This document shows positions 61,842 through 64,000 of a stretch of 64,000 nucleotides of DNA, one piece after another. A program made the translations under genes and the position numbers. Location of the stretch: assembly GCA_965205675.1 (NCBI GenBank), contig OZ242186.1, positions 1,760,001 to 1,824,000 of the forward strand, given 5' to 3'. A model generated the notes under the pieces. The model was not told where the DNA came from and ran no database searches. It was given only the letters and a program-made list of their open reading frames with translations. The stretch's first letter is position 1. The number at the start of each line of letters is the position of its first letter. The DNA comes from Nitrosopumilus sp. (GTDB lineage Archaea; Thermoproteota; Nitrososphaeria; Nitrososphaerales; Nitrosopumilaceae).

Positions 61842-62273
61842 TCAAGATGATGGTTCCTCCACATATAGTGTTCCACGCATATTATAGTGAAGCAATCCAC
61901 AATATTCTCTACATTGAATATCATGTACACCTGGTGCATCTGGTGCAAACCATACAGTATTAACTCTACCAGGAATTGCATCCATTAAAACAACATAATC
62001 GTGAATATTAAAAGAATGGTTAACGTCTTTGGACATTACCTCAAATTTGTAAGCTTTACCCACTTCAACGTGTAACTCTCCAATTTCTTTTGTACCATCT
62101 TCGTGTTCAAAAGACCAGAACCATTGTTGGCCAGTTACTTTGATTATTTCAGCATCTTCAGGAACATGTTCTACAAGTCGTTCTGCTTCCCATGCTTCTG
62201 CACCAACCCAAACCATTAACGCAATGACAACTCCGATGTAAACCCATTCAGGCCAGTTAGAGTGTCCACCCAT
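61842..62273 (-). CDS. coxB: Heme-copper oxidase subunit II, CuA domain
   Basis: DVNHSF, CREYCGLLHYNM. Confidence 0.93.
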   Translation of the reverse strand: MGGHSNWPEWVYIGVVIALMVWVGAEAWEAERLVEHVPEDAEIIKVTGQQWFWSFEHEDGTKEIGELHVEVGKAYKFEVMSKDVNHSFNIHDYVVLMDAIPGRVNTVWFAPDAPGVHDIQCREYCGLLHYNMRGTLYVEEPSS

Positions 62274-62275
62274 TG

Positions 62276-62536
62276 TTACCAGTCCGTGCCCTCATATGGA
62301 GTCGGTTTGGCTTTAGGATGAGATTCTCTAAATCTCCAAACTTGCCAAATAATTGTACCAGATACTACTGCACCTACAGTAAATGCAACAGTCATCATTC
62401 TGTAAAACAGATTCCAAATGACTACTCTACGATCAAGATACTCTCCAGGTTCATCACCTGCGGCAAATGCCAATTCCACAGCTGGAACTATCATCAAAAC
62501 TGCCAATACTAAGAATAATCCGACCAAATTGTTCAT
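62276..62536 (-). CDS. Small membrane subunit, probably the split N-terminal TM part of subunit II
   Basis: Directly upstream of coxB; signal + TM + WRFRE. Confidence 0.65.
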   Translation of the reverse strand: MNNLVGLFLVLAVLMIVPAVELAFAAGDEPGEYLDRRVVIWNLFYRMMTVAFTVGAVVSGTIIWQVWRFRESHPKAKPTPYEGTDW

Positions 62537-62588
62537 TAGCGATTGAATGACGTGGACTATAATTTCTATTTAAGGGTTTTCAAGATTA

Positions 62589-63576
62589 GGCTTCCTAGAA
62601 ATCATCCATAAAACTAACGCAGAGATCAAACACATTCTATGACATTATACGCCGATACTCGATAGAGTAACTCTGTTTTCATAGCATCATTGTATGATTT
62701 GATTTCAGAATCAAACCTTCTTTTCACTACAGAAAATACTGTCTCAGTTTTATTCCGTTCATGGTACAATGTTTCATCAAATTCTTTGCTCATCAGTTTT
62801 CTATATTTGCCATGCGTATATGAAATTGGATTATCCACTCTAACTGGGAATGATTGAGAGAATAGACGTCTTGCGTAATTATTTCTAGGCGTGAATTTTG
62901 CTGCAGGATTTTTCAAATTGGTTGAGAAATTTGAATTTTCAGGTATGAATTCTGTTAAAATACAAAATTTGAGAAAAATCTCTATAATTACGCAAGAGGT
63001 CTAATATTCTCTTATCTCTAATTTGCTTATGAACTGATTCTGCATCATATCCTTTCTCTAACACCATTGTATTCATTGGAATAACATCATACATTTGAGA
63101 GAATGGTTTTGGGAAATGTTTGATATCATGAGATACAAGATAGTACTGAATCACAACTGCACAAATCAACTGGGATTTCATATCAGATCCTGCTGACATT
63201 TTTGTAAATACATGCCTGAGATTGCATCTGTAAGAATAGTAATGGTGTTAGCAGGTCTGTTTTCAAATCCTGTTGCATCAATTTCTGCAAATATTGCACC
63301 CTGAGATATCATTCCAATGAATCTGCCAATTGCAACATGCAGTAAAACGTCACTCAATCTAGCAGTATGATGTGTTTTGGTGTATTGAAAATGTGTGTTT
63401 TGATTTTGGATGCAAAAACAGTGAAACATTCATTTTCTTTAGAATCCGGTGCATGAGGGAAATCATGCGTTGGTATTTGTTTTTCATAAAATGGCGGAAC
63501 TGGAAATACATTCATTGAACAAGATGATCTGTTTTGTGTTACAAATAGGTGAAATCTAGATGATTTCTATGTAGTC
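62589..63576 (-). mobile_element. IS5-family (ISH1-like) element, degraded and MITE-interrupted
   Basis: TIR with TAGAAATCATC core, 8-bp TSD CAAGATTA; IDATG, KGYD, RNKTETVFS motifs. Confidence 0.88.
62864..63002. mobile_element. IS5 DDE_4-type MITE, copy 2 (inverted)
   Basis: Reverse complement of 50433-50572; AAT duplication. Confidence 0.9.
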
Positions 63577-63588
63577 CAAGATTATTAG

Positions 63589-64000
63589 CTACCAACCTTG
63601 ATCGAATCTAGAAGGATGCATTACGTTAAGCCCTAAAAGAGAGAATTTTTGATCTTTTTCCCTAAAGATGTTAAGAGATGCATTTGCAATAATTAGTTCA
63701 AAGAGATTGGTCGGTGATAAATCAACAATTGTAGAGAGCATTGCTTTGATTGGATCCATATGAGTTACAAGAACTACGTTCTCATCAGGATGTTTTTCAA
63801 TAACGTGATCAACAATTCCTGAAACTCGTTTTTTGACTTGATCAAAAGTTTCTACACCATTATGAGCAATTTCTAATTCACCGTTATAGAATTTCATAAA
63901 GACATTACCATGACTGGTAAAAATTTCATCATATTGCAATCCAGTGAATTTTCCCATATCAAGTTCAATTAAACGATCATCTATTGTTACATCAACGGAA
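63589..64000 (-). CDS. Histidine phosphatase/phosphoglycerate mutase family, C-terminal part
   Basis: RLIELDMG, ETF, VLVTH, NAS motifs; runs off window. Confidence 0.85.
   Translation of the reverse strand, partial: SVDVTIDDRLIELDMGKFTGLQYDEIFTSHGNVFMKFYNGELEIAHNGVETFDQVKKRVSGIVDHVIEKHPDENVVLVTHMDPIKAMLSTIVDLSPTNLFELIIANASLNIFREKDQKFSLLGLNVMHPSRFDQGW

Overview
AT-rich window from an ammonia-oxidising archaeon (Nitrososphaeria, Nitrosopumilaceae-like). The assignment rests on a PEFG-CTERM sorted protein, Zfx-type ferredoxins, split CoxB plus a cupredoxin in the complex IV cluster, gins-mcm-hel308 and aIF6. Intact housekeeping blocks alternate with many decayed insertion sequences (ISH3, IS630, four IS5 groups, IS110/IS1111, one unresolved DDE family, two MITE families) and a fragmented provirus/plasmid-like island (~34.8-48.4 kb) around tRNA-Arg. 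The strongest observation is an IS1111-type element whose downstream non-coding end folds into a bridge/seek-RNA-like structure, with loop guides that match both insertion-site flanks exactly (11 + 10 nt), a donor-junction match and a TATA box placed to fire on circularisation. Other leads are 7 GATC sites in the rfcS/gins-mcm promoter, a Ser-bodied tRNA with a GAA anticodon, an mrr gene whose catalytic core is replaced by a coupled membrane-protein gene, apparent ATA/ATT starts (mcm, a PIN toxin), an iteron-like array and a lone 38/32/38 repeat-spacer-repeat. All family calls come from motif recognition by eye, with no database searches, and indels inside repeats may be assembly artefacts.
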